The translations under genes and the position numbers were made by a program. A stretch of 64,000 nt of DNA from Macrostomum hystrix. Its lineage: Eukaryota; Animalia; Platyhelminthes. Shown here piece by piece: positions 52,072 to 61,956 of this stretch (the stretch's first letter is position 1; each line of letters begins with the position of its first letter). A model generated the notes under the pieces. The model had not been told where the DNA came from, searched no databases, and saw only the letters and a program-made list of their open reading frames with translations. Where the stretch lies: assembly GCA_950097015.1 (NCBI GenBank), contig CATNEN010000038.1, positions 15,624,001 through 15,688,000 on the forward strand, in the 5' to 3' direction.

Positions 52072-52094
52072 GGCGGCGGCAGCGACGGCGACAT
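38835..52094 (-). CDS. Secreted ADAMTS-like (punctin/MADD-4/ADAMTSL1/3-type) protein: signal peptide, TSP1 repeats, one Ig domain, TSP1 repeats, PLAC; about 741 aa, 10 coding exons
   Basis: Exons 52094-52000, 49119-48935, 47962-47804, 47625-47438, 45530-45372, 44672-44130, 43658-43272, 41968-41786, 39516-39366 and 39010-38835. GT-AG, phases consistent, 2226 nt. Signal peptide MSPSLPPPL(11)QKNTCTA. TSP1 motifs WIAGPWGNCSRTCG, WMPGPWTSCSVPCGG.G.RTRTVHC and WRTGPWSKCSVSCG. Ig motif LHCRV...W...DSGVY. PLAC motif CEDLSPVC...LC......CCKSC. Confidence 0.87.
39140..39292. repeat. 20-bp repeat ACAGGAATGTAACCTGTTAG
   Basis: Directly visible; last intron of the ADAMTS-like gene. Confidence 0.85.
39662..41352. 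repeat. Purine-rich minisatellite, about 16-bp unit GAGACAGGGGAGAGAT, with higher-order blocks
   Basis: Directly visible. Confidence 0.95.
41385..41448. mobile_element. Solo end of a hAT (Charlie-like) element
   Basis: GGGCCGCATCTGGCCCGCCGGCCGGAGGTTGCTGACCGCTG followed by CTCTAAAC resembles hAT ends and their CTCTARAN target. The partner end was not found. Confidence 0.5.
42101..42280. repeat. 15-bp repeat TCTCACCCCCTGAAG
   Basis: Directly visible. Confidence 0.93.
42770..42905 (+). mobile_element. SINE family 1, degraded fragment
   Basis: GGCAAGACACTCAAC...CCAGCTGTAAACTGGGTGCCAGCATC...GTCCATGGACTGA resembles the family 1 body. Confidence 0.6.
42967..43257. repeat. 22-bp repeat CCTAAAAGTACAGAAACCAGGT
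   Basis: Abuts the donor at 43270-43271. Confidence 0.9.
43780..44127. repeat. About 30-bp repeat TCTCTTTGATGAGCCGACAACAGTCTAAGT
   Basis: The first unit overlaps the donor at 44128-44129. Confidence 0.85.
44716..45332. repeat. 16-bp repeat GAATTCTCACCTCCCC grading into GAAGTGTCACCTCCCT
   Basis: Fills the intron 44673-45371. Confidence 0.9.
45588..46233. repeat. 35-bp repeat GAAGTGTGGCTTCAAAATGGCACAATGGATCTGAG
   Basis: Lies at the acceptor end of intron 45531-47437. Confidence 0.92.
46808..47434. repeat. 21-bp repeat AACAGGTGTGCAATCCTGGCT
   Basis: Begins at position +4 of the donor at 47436-47437. Confidence 0.96.
47970..48507. repeat. 35-bp repeat GAATTCCGTAGTTTCGATTCGGGATTTCGGGTTTC (7-bp substructure)
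   Basis: Ends about 8 nt from the acceptor at 47963-47964. Confidence 0.93.
49168..49609. repeat. 33-bp repeat GGGTGTTAGACACTGTTGTCATCCTATTAGTCA, about 13 copies
   Basis: Ends about 50 nt from the acceptor at 49120-49121. Confidence 0.96.
50200..50456. repeat. 7-bp repeat TATCAG(C/T)
   Basis: Directly visible. Confidence 0.9.
50457..50525 (-). mobile_element. SINE family 2 head fragment
   Basis: CAAATGAATGTGGCTTCGCCGCGGAATCGAGCTC...ACCTTGGTGCGA matches 10089-10138. Confidence 0.7.
51095..51620. repeat. 7/14-bp repeat GATAGCT-GATAGTG
   Basis: Directly visible; related by reverse complement to the 50200 array. Confidence 0.92.
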
Positions 52095-52289
52095 ACCGGC
52101 GCCGATTGTTATTGATCGGCAGAGACTAATAGCAAACTTGCGGATTCAGAGAATCGAAGACTGCAGGCGGGGCGTTGGGTTGGGTCAATCTGAAATTATC
52201 GTGTTTTTGTTGTCGATTTCAGTTTAGAAAACTATTTTAAGTTTTGGGATCTTCTGTAGGAATTAGGATGTAAAGATGTAAGAGATTGC

Positions 52290-53390
52290 GATATGTACGT
52301 CAGGGATTTGAACCTGTATTTAAGAGATTGGGATCTGTATGTAAAATATTGGGATCTGTATTTATGAGATGTACGTCAGGGATTTGAATCTGTATTTAAG
52401 GGATTGCAATCTGTACATCAGGGATTTGAATCTGTATTTAAGAGATTGGGATCTGTATGTAAAATATTGGGATCTGAATTTATGAGATTGGGATCTGTAT
52501 TTAAGAGATTGGGATCTGTATGTAAGAGATTGGGATCTGTATGTAAGAGATTGGGATCTGTATGTAAGAGATTGGGATCTGTATTTATGAGATTGGGATC
52601 TGTATTTAAGAGATTGGGATCTGTATGTAAGAGATTGGGATCTGTATTTATGAGATTGGGATCTGTATGTAAGGGACAGGGATCTGTATGAAAGGGATTG
52701 GGATCTGTATGTTGGGGATTGGGATCTGTATGTTAAGGATTGGGATCTGTATAAAAGGGAATTGGGATCTGTATGTAAGGGACAGGGATCTGTATGAAGG
52801 GGATTGGGATCTGTATGAAAGGGATTGGGATCTGTATGTTAAGGATTGGGATCTGTATGTTAGGGATTGGGATCTGTATGTTAGGGATTGGGATCTGTAT
52901 GTTAAGGATTGGGATCTGTATAAAAGGGAATTGGGATCTGTATGTAAGGGACAGGGATCTGTATGAAGGGGATTGGGATCTGTATGTTAAGGATTGGGAT
53001 CTGTATAAAAGGGAATTGGGATCTGTATGAAACAGGATTGGGACCTGTATGTAAGGGACAGGGATCTGTATGAAGGGGATTGGGATCTGTATGTTAAGGA
53101 TTGGGATCTGTATAAAAGGGAATTGGGATCTGTATGAAACAGGATTGGGACCTGTATGTAAGGGACAGGGATCTGTATGAAGGGGATTGGGATCTGTATG
53201 TAAGGGACAGGGATCTGTATGAAACAGGATTGGGATCTGTATGAAACAGGATTGGGATCTGTATGAAACAGGATTGGGATCTGTATGAAACAGGATTGGG
53301 ATCTGTATGAAACAGGATTGGGATCTGTATGAAACAGGATTGGGATCTGTATGAAACAGGATTGGGATCTGTATGTAAGGGATTTAGGAT
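52290..53390. repeat. About 21-bp repeat TTGGGATCTGTATGTAAGAGA and variants
   Basis: Upstream of the acceptor at 52190-52191, probably in a 5'-UTR intron. Confidence 0.93.
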
Positions 53391-55127
53391 TTGTTTAGTA
53401 TAAATATTCTATGACTAAAATCCGTTAGGATCAAACATTTAGAATAAGTGATGAAGTTGAATGCATTAGGGGATTTTAGGATTAGGAATCGAAGTTAAAA
53501 AAAAGTTCGTCGATCTAAAAATACAGACTAATGACATTTTGTTATTTCTTATATCTGTTTGCTGTTGAATACGATCGGTTTCGACAATGACAGCCTGCTA
53601 ACAGAGAATTTCTTACCTGTCGCGGTTGCACTGGGTAAGCAATGTAAAATATTTAGTTCATATAAAACAACTGTTATTTATATCTAATATTTTCTCAACA
53701 ACTTCAACAGAAAATTCTTAGCTAGCTGGCTATATAGTGTTATATAGCTATAGCCAACTGTGGGAAATGGCTGGGTCCAAGGCACAGAGACCGCCTGCAG
53801 ACCCTCACTCACTCACTCACTCTCTCACTGCTAACTGCCGACTGTGCAGTAACACAATCCCTCTACGAAATGCTGAAAAAAAAGACGAAAAACTAGCTAT
53901 CCGTCTTACTTTCTCAAAGACACAATGAGAAAAATGATTAGAGTACGAGTATAAGCTATAAAATAAGACTTACCTGCTATTTATTGTATAAATGTCTGAA
54001 GATGATGCCTTTAAAATAGATGAGCAGCTGGTTGCTATTGTTATTTAACTCTTTGTATTACGAGTTTTAACTGTCTAAAACTGTCTGTCGGTCTGTCTGT
54101 CTGTCTGTCGGTCTGTCTGTGGCTGTCTAGTCTAGTCCAGTCTAGTCCGTGTCTTGTCAGCCAATATATAGAGAGAGTTCGCGCTACCAAGAAATGACGG
54201 AGGTTGGGGGTGTGGAGACAGAAAAGCCATGTGCAGCCATTGGCTAGGGCCTATTGGCCCCACTATAGCAAGGGGGGTCCCTTCACTCTGCACTGTTTGT
54301 ACACAGCTGCTATATTAATAATATGTCTTGCTTTTATATTGCCAACAATCCTGTCGTAAAAGAAGAGAATTATAGTTTTTTCTAACTCTATTTGACTCTC
54401 CTCGCTCACTATGCAGTCCTCTCGAGTCTAGATTGAATGCACCTAAGCTAAAAGTTAGTTCTGCCCTGCCAGTTCATTCTATAGGCTTGGCAAAACACCT
54501 AAAAGGCTAGAGAGGGTGGAGCTTCAATATTTGGCTTTCAAAATAGTTTTTCTGTGTGCATTTTAGCTTAAAAATTATATTAGGCACTTTGTAGTCATGC
54601 CCAAAATGCATTAGCTAATAAGTGACTGTTTTACGTGTGTGTGTTTATCTTAAACTTTCAGTAGCTCTTTCGTAAACTGGAAAATATTGCCTTCATCAAT
54701 AAATAAAACTTTTACAGCTTTCGTTAAAAAGTTCAGCTAATTCTCGAATGTCATGCAAACACGAAACAAGTGATTACAAAACCAACTATTTAAAGTATTC
54801 AAAATTCGGTCCATTCGAAACTTCAAAAGCCAGTTTTTGACCCAAGTTATTTATTCAGCAATTTTATTACTATAGTTACTTATTAGTTGCTTTTGTAGAC
54901 TATTTTTAAGATCCTATTTAGTAAGCAACTTATCTAACCCGTCAGTTTTCTATGAGTTACATTTAAACGAGAGAATATTTCAAACTAATAGTCTCATAGA
55001 ATGCCAAGTTGCTCATTTATCAAAGAATAAAAACTAAAGACCAGACATTCGAGTACCTATTAAGGCAGATATTAACATCATTTAGTGCAATGGAACTCAA
55101 CCAAAGCACTTTAGTTTGCAAGTTATT

Positions 55128-55141
55128 CAGTTAGTTAGTTG

Positions 55142-55221
<80 letters not shown>

Positions 55222-55222
55222 C

Positions 55223-55320
<98 letters not shown>

Positions 55321-55321
55321 G

Positions 55322-55363
<42 letters not shown>

Positions 55364-55374
55364 GAGTTAGTTAG
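55128..55374. repeat. (GTTA)n microsatellite, about 60 copies
   Basis: Directly visible. Confidence 0.97.
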
Positions 55375-55766
55375 AATTTATTTGATTCCAACCGTTTTGC
55401 AAACGTCATCCATGTTTTTTGTAGATTTGACAAATACTTATGAGACTACTTAGCGACTACAAAGTAAGTAGTACTAGATGCAGCCTTTTTCATTAGTTAT
55501 ATAATCTTTACTATCAGCATTCAGGAGGCTTCCGTTAGTTATTTTGAAAAGCCACAGTCGGTTTCTTAATAGAATGTCTATGGTTCTGAAATTGAAGACA
55601 GTACCGACATTATTACCATAGACAGTCTCTCTGATTCTAAAAAAAACTATTGTGAGGGAACATTCCTCAGGAATTGCTTTTGCAAGACTAATTATTTTTT
55701 ACTTTAGCTGAAAATTTACAGTTTTTTATCGTTCTTTAGCAAAGTACGCTCTTTGGACAAGAAGCT

Positions 55767-56290
55767 CATCACCCCCCAAGTGCATTGGTCGGGATGCCGA
55801 TGTTCCGGTGGCCAGGAACACTCCCGAGAACAGAGCGCCCCGACAGGAGTTTGCCGAATGGCTGATAGGCCTGGCACCAGAGTGCCATCTCATCTACGTT
55901 GATGAGACCGGCTTCAACATCTGGACGCGTCGGTCGCGCGGGCGCAGTCAACGGGGTCAGCGAGTCCGGCGCGTGCTGCACACACAACGAGGAGTGCAGG
56001 TGAACGTCCTGCAGGCCGTTGCACCGGACCTCGGCCTTGTCCACCACAGGATCGTCTGCCAGACCCTGACCGCGAACTTGTTCCAGGCATTCGTTGAAGA
56101 GCTGCTCCAAGCAGTCAGCAACCGCGATGACGTCAACAATGCCGAACAGTTCTGCCTCATCATGGATGGCGCTCGATTCCACAACGGAGTGCGGATTCCC
56201 AAGCAATTTGCGGCTAACTGTCGCGTCGTGGTGCTGCCTCCGTACTCGCCGTTCCTTAATCCGGTAGATGCTGCGTTGCGGGGGTGGTGA
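55767..56290 (+). pseudogene. Tc1/IS630-superfamily (DDE_3-type) transposase catalytic-domain fragment
   Basis: IYVDETGFN...RGRS..G.R...IMDGARFH...LPPYSPFLNPV. GC-rich island in AT-rich flanks; no DNA-binding N-terminus or C-terminus. Confidence 0.85.
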
Positions 56291-56963
56291 ATATTTTACA
56301 CTGTTTAATGTTTCCCTTTGAAAAAGCGACAAAGCCGAAGCCACAGTTCCGTTTCTGTTTATATACCGTACACAGTGGCATATTAAATCTATGGGGCGGG
56401 ACTAAATGCGTGTCCGAAGGATCAAATCGATTGCACTATGGTCATACTTTTGGCCATAGACAACTTGAAAATCGGCCTGAAACGCTTGGATTTTGTCACT
56501 GTGGATTAAATCGAATGCTCGAAGGATCAAATGGTCTGCAACAAGTTGTAATCATAATAAATTGAATGTTCAAAAGATTAAAAATATCACAGATGGTATT
56601 GCTGAATGAAGAAATGGCTTCCTTGAGCATATTATAACAATAAGTTTTCGTTGCATAGAGTTGAGTAGATTATATTGTGCCCGCACTTACTAAACACTTC
56701 GACTCCGTGTGTAATCACATTCTATTTATAGAACTTTTTCGACAATTAAAATATTTCTCGTTCGTTTTCTATTTGAGTTAACTGTCTCAAGGACCCGCGT
56801 GTCCTACATGTGACGGAGTGCACACTTTTTACTATTTTACTAAAGATAGTCATTGCCTTAGCAGCATCCTGATTCGCGCTGCAATAATAATATAAATTCA
56901 ACAAGAATAGAAGCACAGTGAAGACAAGCGCATGCATATTTTTACTGTCATTGCGAATAACAA

Positions 56964-59900
56964 ATGGCGTCCGATTCAGCCCAGGCCGGCAGAGTTGCAT
57001 CAAAATTCAACAAATCCGGTGGTAGAAGCTCTGGCTGGGTCCTTCTCTTGGCCGCAGTGACCGCTGCGACTATCGCCTCTGTTGGACTATCCGGGTACAC
57101 GCTGGCATTGTATCGAGCTAAACTGGCGACGGAACCCACTAGCGAGTCGGTGAGTTCATTCGGCTGACTGTTGAGCACACGCACACAGGTGTTTAAATCT
57201 GCATGCTCTGAATTTTCCTATTTCAAGCCCTCAAAGCCACACCAAGGTACCTGAGCTCGATTCCGCGGCGAGGCCACTTTCATTTTATGCCCTTGAGTGC
57301 CAACCTCCAAGGCACAGTGAGAGTGTACACTGCCTGACGATGGGAAAGTCAGGGCAGATGTACACACCCGTGTGAGCGTATGCCTGCGTACAGTATCTGT
57401 GTGCGTGTGTGCTCAGGAGTCACCGAAACGGGCAGAATTGCCTCCTCGCTGGCTGCGGGTCTAGTGACACCAAATGTTGCCCGCAGCCCTCCTGCAATTA
57501 TTATTACTATTAGTGTTTGTTTTTAGTTGCTTTTTGCTTGTTCTTTGGTTTTGTCTGTTGTTTGTTGTTTGCTTTTTATTGCTTGTTGTCGTTGTAAATA
57601 ATAAAGGAATAGGCATAAGAGGGTTTTACTTTTAAACTCCTTAAACTTCATTTATAATCATTTGAAGCCACATATTTGAAATTAAAGAAATCAAAAACGC
57701 ATGAAAAGATTTTCAACTTTTCTACTTATTTATGTCATTTTAGTAGAATGATTTGTCTACTTCTATTAGTAATTAGCGTAAACAAACACCAGCTTTCTTT
57801 TAAAATTTCCTCTATTCAAAATTATGCTTCCAGCCTAGCGTGCACTTTGTCTTGGACACCTCGCTATTGGCCGATTGCCCAAACGCTGGCGTTCCAGTAG
57901 AGGTCTCTCAGTTGCCGTGCATGAAGTCTGAGACACTGTACTACACTAAAAGTGAGTTAGTGCCTGGCTGCGATGCTGGATTAGCGATGCTGGATTAGTG
58001 ATGCTGGATTTGTGGTGTTGGATTATCGATGCTGGATTTGTGGTGTTGGATTATCGATGCTGGATTTGTGGGGTTAGATTAGCGATGCTGGATTCGTGGG
58101 TTTGGATTATCGATGTTGGATTTGTGGGGTTTGGATTAGCGATGCTGGGATTGTGAGGTGGGATTAGCGATGCTGGTTTTTGGGGTTGGATTAGTGAAGT
58201 TAAATTCTTTATCCTGGATTAGTAAGGTTGGATTTTTGGGACCTAATTAGCTTTGGATTTAGTGAGGCTGGATTAGTAATGCTGAGGTTAGTGATGCTGA
58301 ATTAGTGATGCTGGATAAGTGATGCTGGATTAGTGATGCTGAGGTTAGTGATGCTGAATTAGTGATGCTGGATAAGTGATGCTGGATTAGTGATGCTGAG
58401 GTTAGTGATGCTGAATTAGTGATGCTGGATAAGTGATGCTGGATTAGTGATGCTGAGGTTAGTGATGCTGAATTAGTGATGCTGGATAAGTGATGCTGGA
58501 TTAGTGATGATGGATTAGTGATGCTGAGGTTAGTGATGCTGAATTAGTGATGCTGGATAAGTGATGCTGAATTAGTGATGCTGGATTAGTGATGCTGGAT
58601 TAGTGATGCTGAGGTTAGTGATGCTGAATTAGTGATGCTGGATAAGTGATGCTGGATTAGTGATGCTGAGGTTAGTGATGCTGAATTAGTGATGCTGGAT
58701 AAGTGATGCTGAATTAGTGATGCTGGATTAGTGATGCTGGATTAGTGATGCTGAGGTTAGTGATGCTGAATTAGTGATGCTGGATAAGTGATGCTGGATT
58801 AGTGATGCTGAGGTTAGTGATGCTGAATTAGTGATGCTGGATAAGTGATGCTGGATTAGTGATGATGGATTAGTGATGCTGGATTAGTGATGATGGATTA
58901 GTGATGCTAGATAAGTGGGGCTGGACTTGTTAGGCTGGATTAGTGCTGCTGAATTAGTGATGCTGGATTAGTGATGCCGGATTAGAGGGGTTTAAATAGT
59001 CGGACTGAATTATTTTGGCTGCACTATCCGTCGTTTCGCCGCACTTCACGCGCGCTGTCAATTATCCGACAGATGGCGCTCTTGGTCCAATCAAATGCCT
59101 GGACGAGATCCCGAGTTCGATTCCACAAGCTGGCCCCGGCCGATGCAGCGAGCATGCAAAAGTTTTCAATGTCAGCAGAGAGACTGGCGAAGTGGTCGTG
59201 CTCAAGGATGGAGTCTACAGAATCTATGCTCAGGTTAGTCTGGAAAAGAACACCATTTTATTAACGCCGAAAACTTGTTCTAGTACTTTTTCGTGTGACT
59301 CAATGCGTACATATAAGTTGCGAGCTGCCAGTCTACCTTGACGGATAGAATATATCGATAGACACCTAATCCATGAGGTTCCGATGTACAGCCGCAGCTA
59401 TCGCGCAGCGCTTCTAAAGTCTGTGTACAGCTGTGTCCGTGGACTGGGCCAACACCCACCCCAATTTCCACCCCAGTTTATGCTCGTACTCATTTTACAA
59501 GGAAACAAGAAAAAAATAGGAAATATAATGTCTTTCCCGAAGGACAAAAGCTGCTTTCCGTGGGTTGTGATACGAAACTATATGAAAAGATAATTAAGAA
59601 CACAGAATACACTCTGTTTTGCGCCTTACACCAATTGAACTTGCGTCATTATATAAAAGTACATCGGAAGATGCAGATTTTATGACGGGAAATGCTTCAC
59701 ATCGGCTAGCTATGGGCTACCAGTTTAGGGTGGCATGTTCAGCTATCACATTGCAGAACACTTGTCAAAATTGTAACGCGTAAACAAAATACCAGGGTAT
59801 AATGCTATCAAATATTAAACACAAGTTCACATGTACGCCTGCCAAATGCTGTTCAGTGGTACGGAAAATTAAGTACTTGTAGGTCATGCATTAAACTGTT

Positions 59901-60825
59901 CGCACAATCGTCTCTATGAACGAGTCATCATTTTTCGACTTATAATTTACCATAGACATTTTTGCCAAAAGCTTCATTTTGACTTTCAGAGGGGCAAAGC
60001 CCGCACTCACAGCCATAGACTATATGTTTATTATGGAATCTATGGTCCTCCTTGCTTTGTCTCACTTCTCTAATGGGAATATTGCCAGATTGCCAGATTA
60101 GAAAGCTTATATAGAATAAATATAAGCACCTCAATTTAGTTTATTCGCCAGTTGGATTGGCCCATAGACCAGACAAATTTCTTTATTTGGCCGTTGAAAT
60201 TTATCTGGTCCGGTGCAAAGATTATAAATACCCATGGTAGGTATTTATAATCTTTGGTCCGGTGACAATTATCTGGCTTCAACTGTGAAGCCAGAATAAA
60301 TACCACCCACTTGTCTGACTTATCTATGGCCGAAAACGTCTGCGGACATCGTTTCTTGACCTCGGTCCAAAAAACGAGTCCTCAGCTGTTCCCGGCCAAA
60401 ATAAATAAAAAAGTGGGTGATAACTTATACCTAGAGAGAGAGAGGGGACAAGACACTCGAAACAGCGTTCTTTAGTTTCTTGTGGTCCTTTTTTCTGAAC
60501 GCATGTCTATGGTCGTATGTCTATAGTGCCTCGATGCAGTTATTATGCAAAAATCATATCTGCATGGCGATTACAGATCAGCTACTATGACGCTGAGCAA
60601 AGCCCATCTGTAGCCGCTCTGCAGGTGCACTCGAGTCACAAGCACTCGTGGGTCCAGTGTCATCAGTCCATCAGCGGCCGGAGTCTGTCAAATTATTGCG
60701 TCATCAACAGTGACCGACGCTTCGGGTCGGGTAATCGAGTATCTGTCGGTATTCCAGAGGCATTCAGGACGATTGATGCAGCCAACAGTGTCACATTCTG
60801 GGGAATTGTGCGCATTTCGGATTGA
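56964..60825 (+). CDS. TNF-superfamily ligand (type II membrane protein; Eiger/EDA-like), about 237 aa, 4 exons
   Basis: Exons 56964-57149, 57834-57951, 59073-59233 and 60577-60825. GT-AG, frame-continuous, 714 nt. N-terminal TM segment (WVLLLAAVTAATIASVGLSGYTLALY), strand-A motif PSVHF, TNF signature GEVVVLKDGVYRIYAQI, and C-terminal TFWGIVRI. Confidence 0.85.
57238..57510 (+). mobile_element. SINE family 2, 5'-truncated and internally deleted
   Basis: Body and (ATT)n tail are homologous to the other family 2 copies. Confidence 0.85.
57970..58985. repeat. 14-bp repeat GTGATGCTGGATTA with a 57-bp higher-order unit
   Basis: Starts about 20 nt after the TNF exon 2 donor and fills most of the intron. 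Confidence 0.93.
60216..60256. mobile_element. 41-bp transposon remnant; candidate P-element excision footprint
   Basis: Perfect 17-bp inverted arms CAAAGATTATAAATACC, 7-nt spacer, and perfect 8-bp flanking duplication GTCCGGTG (60208-60215, 60257-60264). Confidence 0.75.
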
Positions 60826-60879
60826 ATGAAATCAGTTACAATGTTGCTCATAAACAACTGTTTAGATTATTTGCTATAC

Positions 60880-61500
60880 TAGACATGGGAGAAATAATGG
60901 GAGAGATGAGACATGGGAGACATGACGGGAGAGGTGAGACATGGGAGACATGACAGGACAGGTGAGACATGGGAGACATGACAGGACAGGTGAGACATGG
61001 GAGACATGACAGGACAGGTGAGACATGGGAGACATGACAGGACAGGTGAGACATGGGAGACATGACAGGAGAGGTGAGACGTGGGAGACATGACGGGAGA
61101 GGTGAGACGTGGGAGACATGACAGGAGAAGTGAGACATGGGAGAAATAATGGGAGAGATAAGACATGGGAGAAATAATGGGAGAGATGAGACATGAGAGA
61201 AATAATGGGAGAGATGAGACATGAGAGAAATAATGGGAGAGATGAGACATAAGAGAAATAATGGGAGAGATGAGACATGAGAGAAATAATGGGAGAGACG
61301 AGACATGAGAGAAATAATGGGAGAGATGAGACATGAGAGAAATAATGGGAGAGATGAGACATGGGAGAAATAATGGGAGAGATGAGACATGAGAGAAATA
61401 ATGGGAGAGATGAGACATGAGAGAAATAATGGGAGAGATGAGACATGAGAGAAATAATGGGAGAGATGAGACATGGGAGAAATAGTGGGAGAGATGAGAC
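60880..61500. repeat. 28-bp purine-rich repeats (two GAGACATG-based subtypes)
   Basis: Starts about 55 nt after the TNF stop codon. Confidence 0.93.
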
Positions 61501-61654
61501 TTGTTTAAGAGGAAAAGTTAAAAAGTTTGAATGAGTTTAGTTAAAATGTTTTAGCGCGTTTAAAAAATCATCCACTGCTGATTGGTATTTATACGGTAAT
61601 TTTTTAGATTGTGAATGAGAAATACACTGCAAATACAAGTTTTCAATTATAATT

Positions 61655-61956
61655 GTAATTGATTACTCCTGCATCTATTGGGTTGCAGATGTGCAGCCGA
61701 CAGCAAAGCCGCAGCTAATGCGCGGCACATCTGAAGGCTGCGTACAGCTGTTCAGTCCATGGACTGGGGGGACGCCACACCCACCTTCAATTATTCCAGC
61801 TGATGCTGGTACCCATTTAACAGCTGGGTGAACTGAAGCAATGCAGAGTTAAGTGTCTTGCTAAAGGGCACAAATTGTTCCAGTGGAGTCGGGAATCGAA
61901 ACCCCCGACCTTCAAGTCGTGAGTCCGACGCCCTAACCACTAGGCTACAACCTCTC
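61655..61956 (-). mobile_element. SINE family 1, full length
   Basis: Reverse complement is nearly identical to 6474-6770. Confidence 0.9.

Noticed and set aside
55128-55374. Interstitial telomere
   Set aside because: The unit is TTAG, not TTAGGG or TTAGG; treated as an ordinary microsatellite.
57325-57500. Canonical hammerhead or HDV ribozyme in SINE family 2
   Set aside because: CTGACGA..GAAA lacks stems II/III. The HDV-like P3/L3 lacks the GG needed for P1.1 and a convincing J4/2 and P2.
59950-60512. Further CATAGAC...GTCTATG inverted ends around the footprint
   Set aside because: Short matches with no target-site duplication, so no element can be defined.
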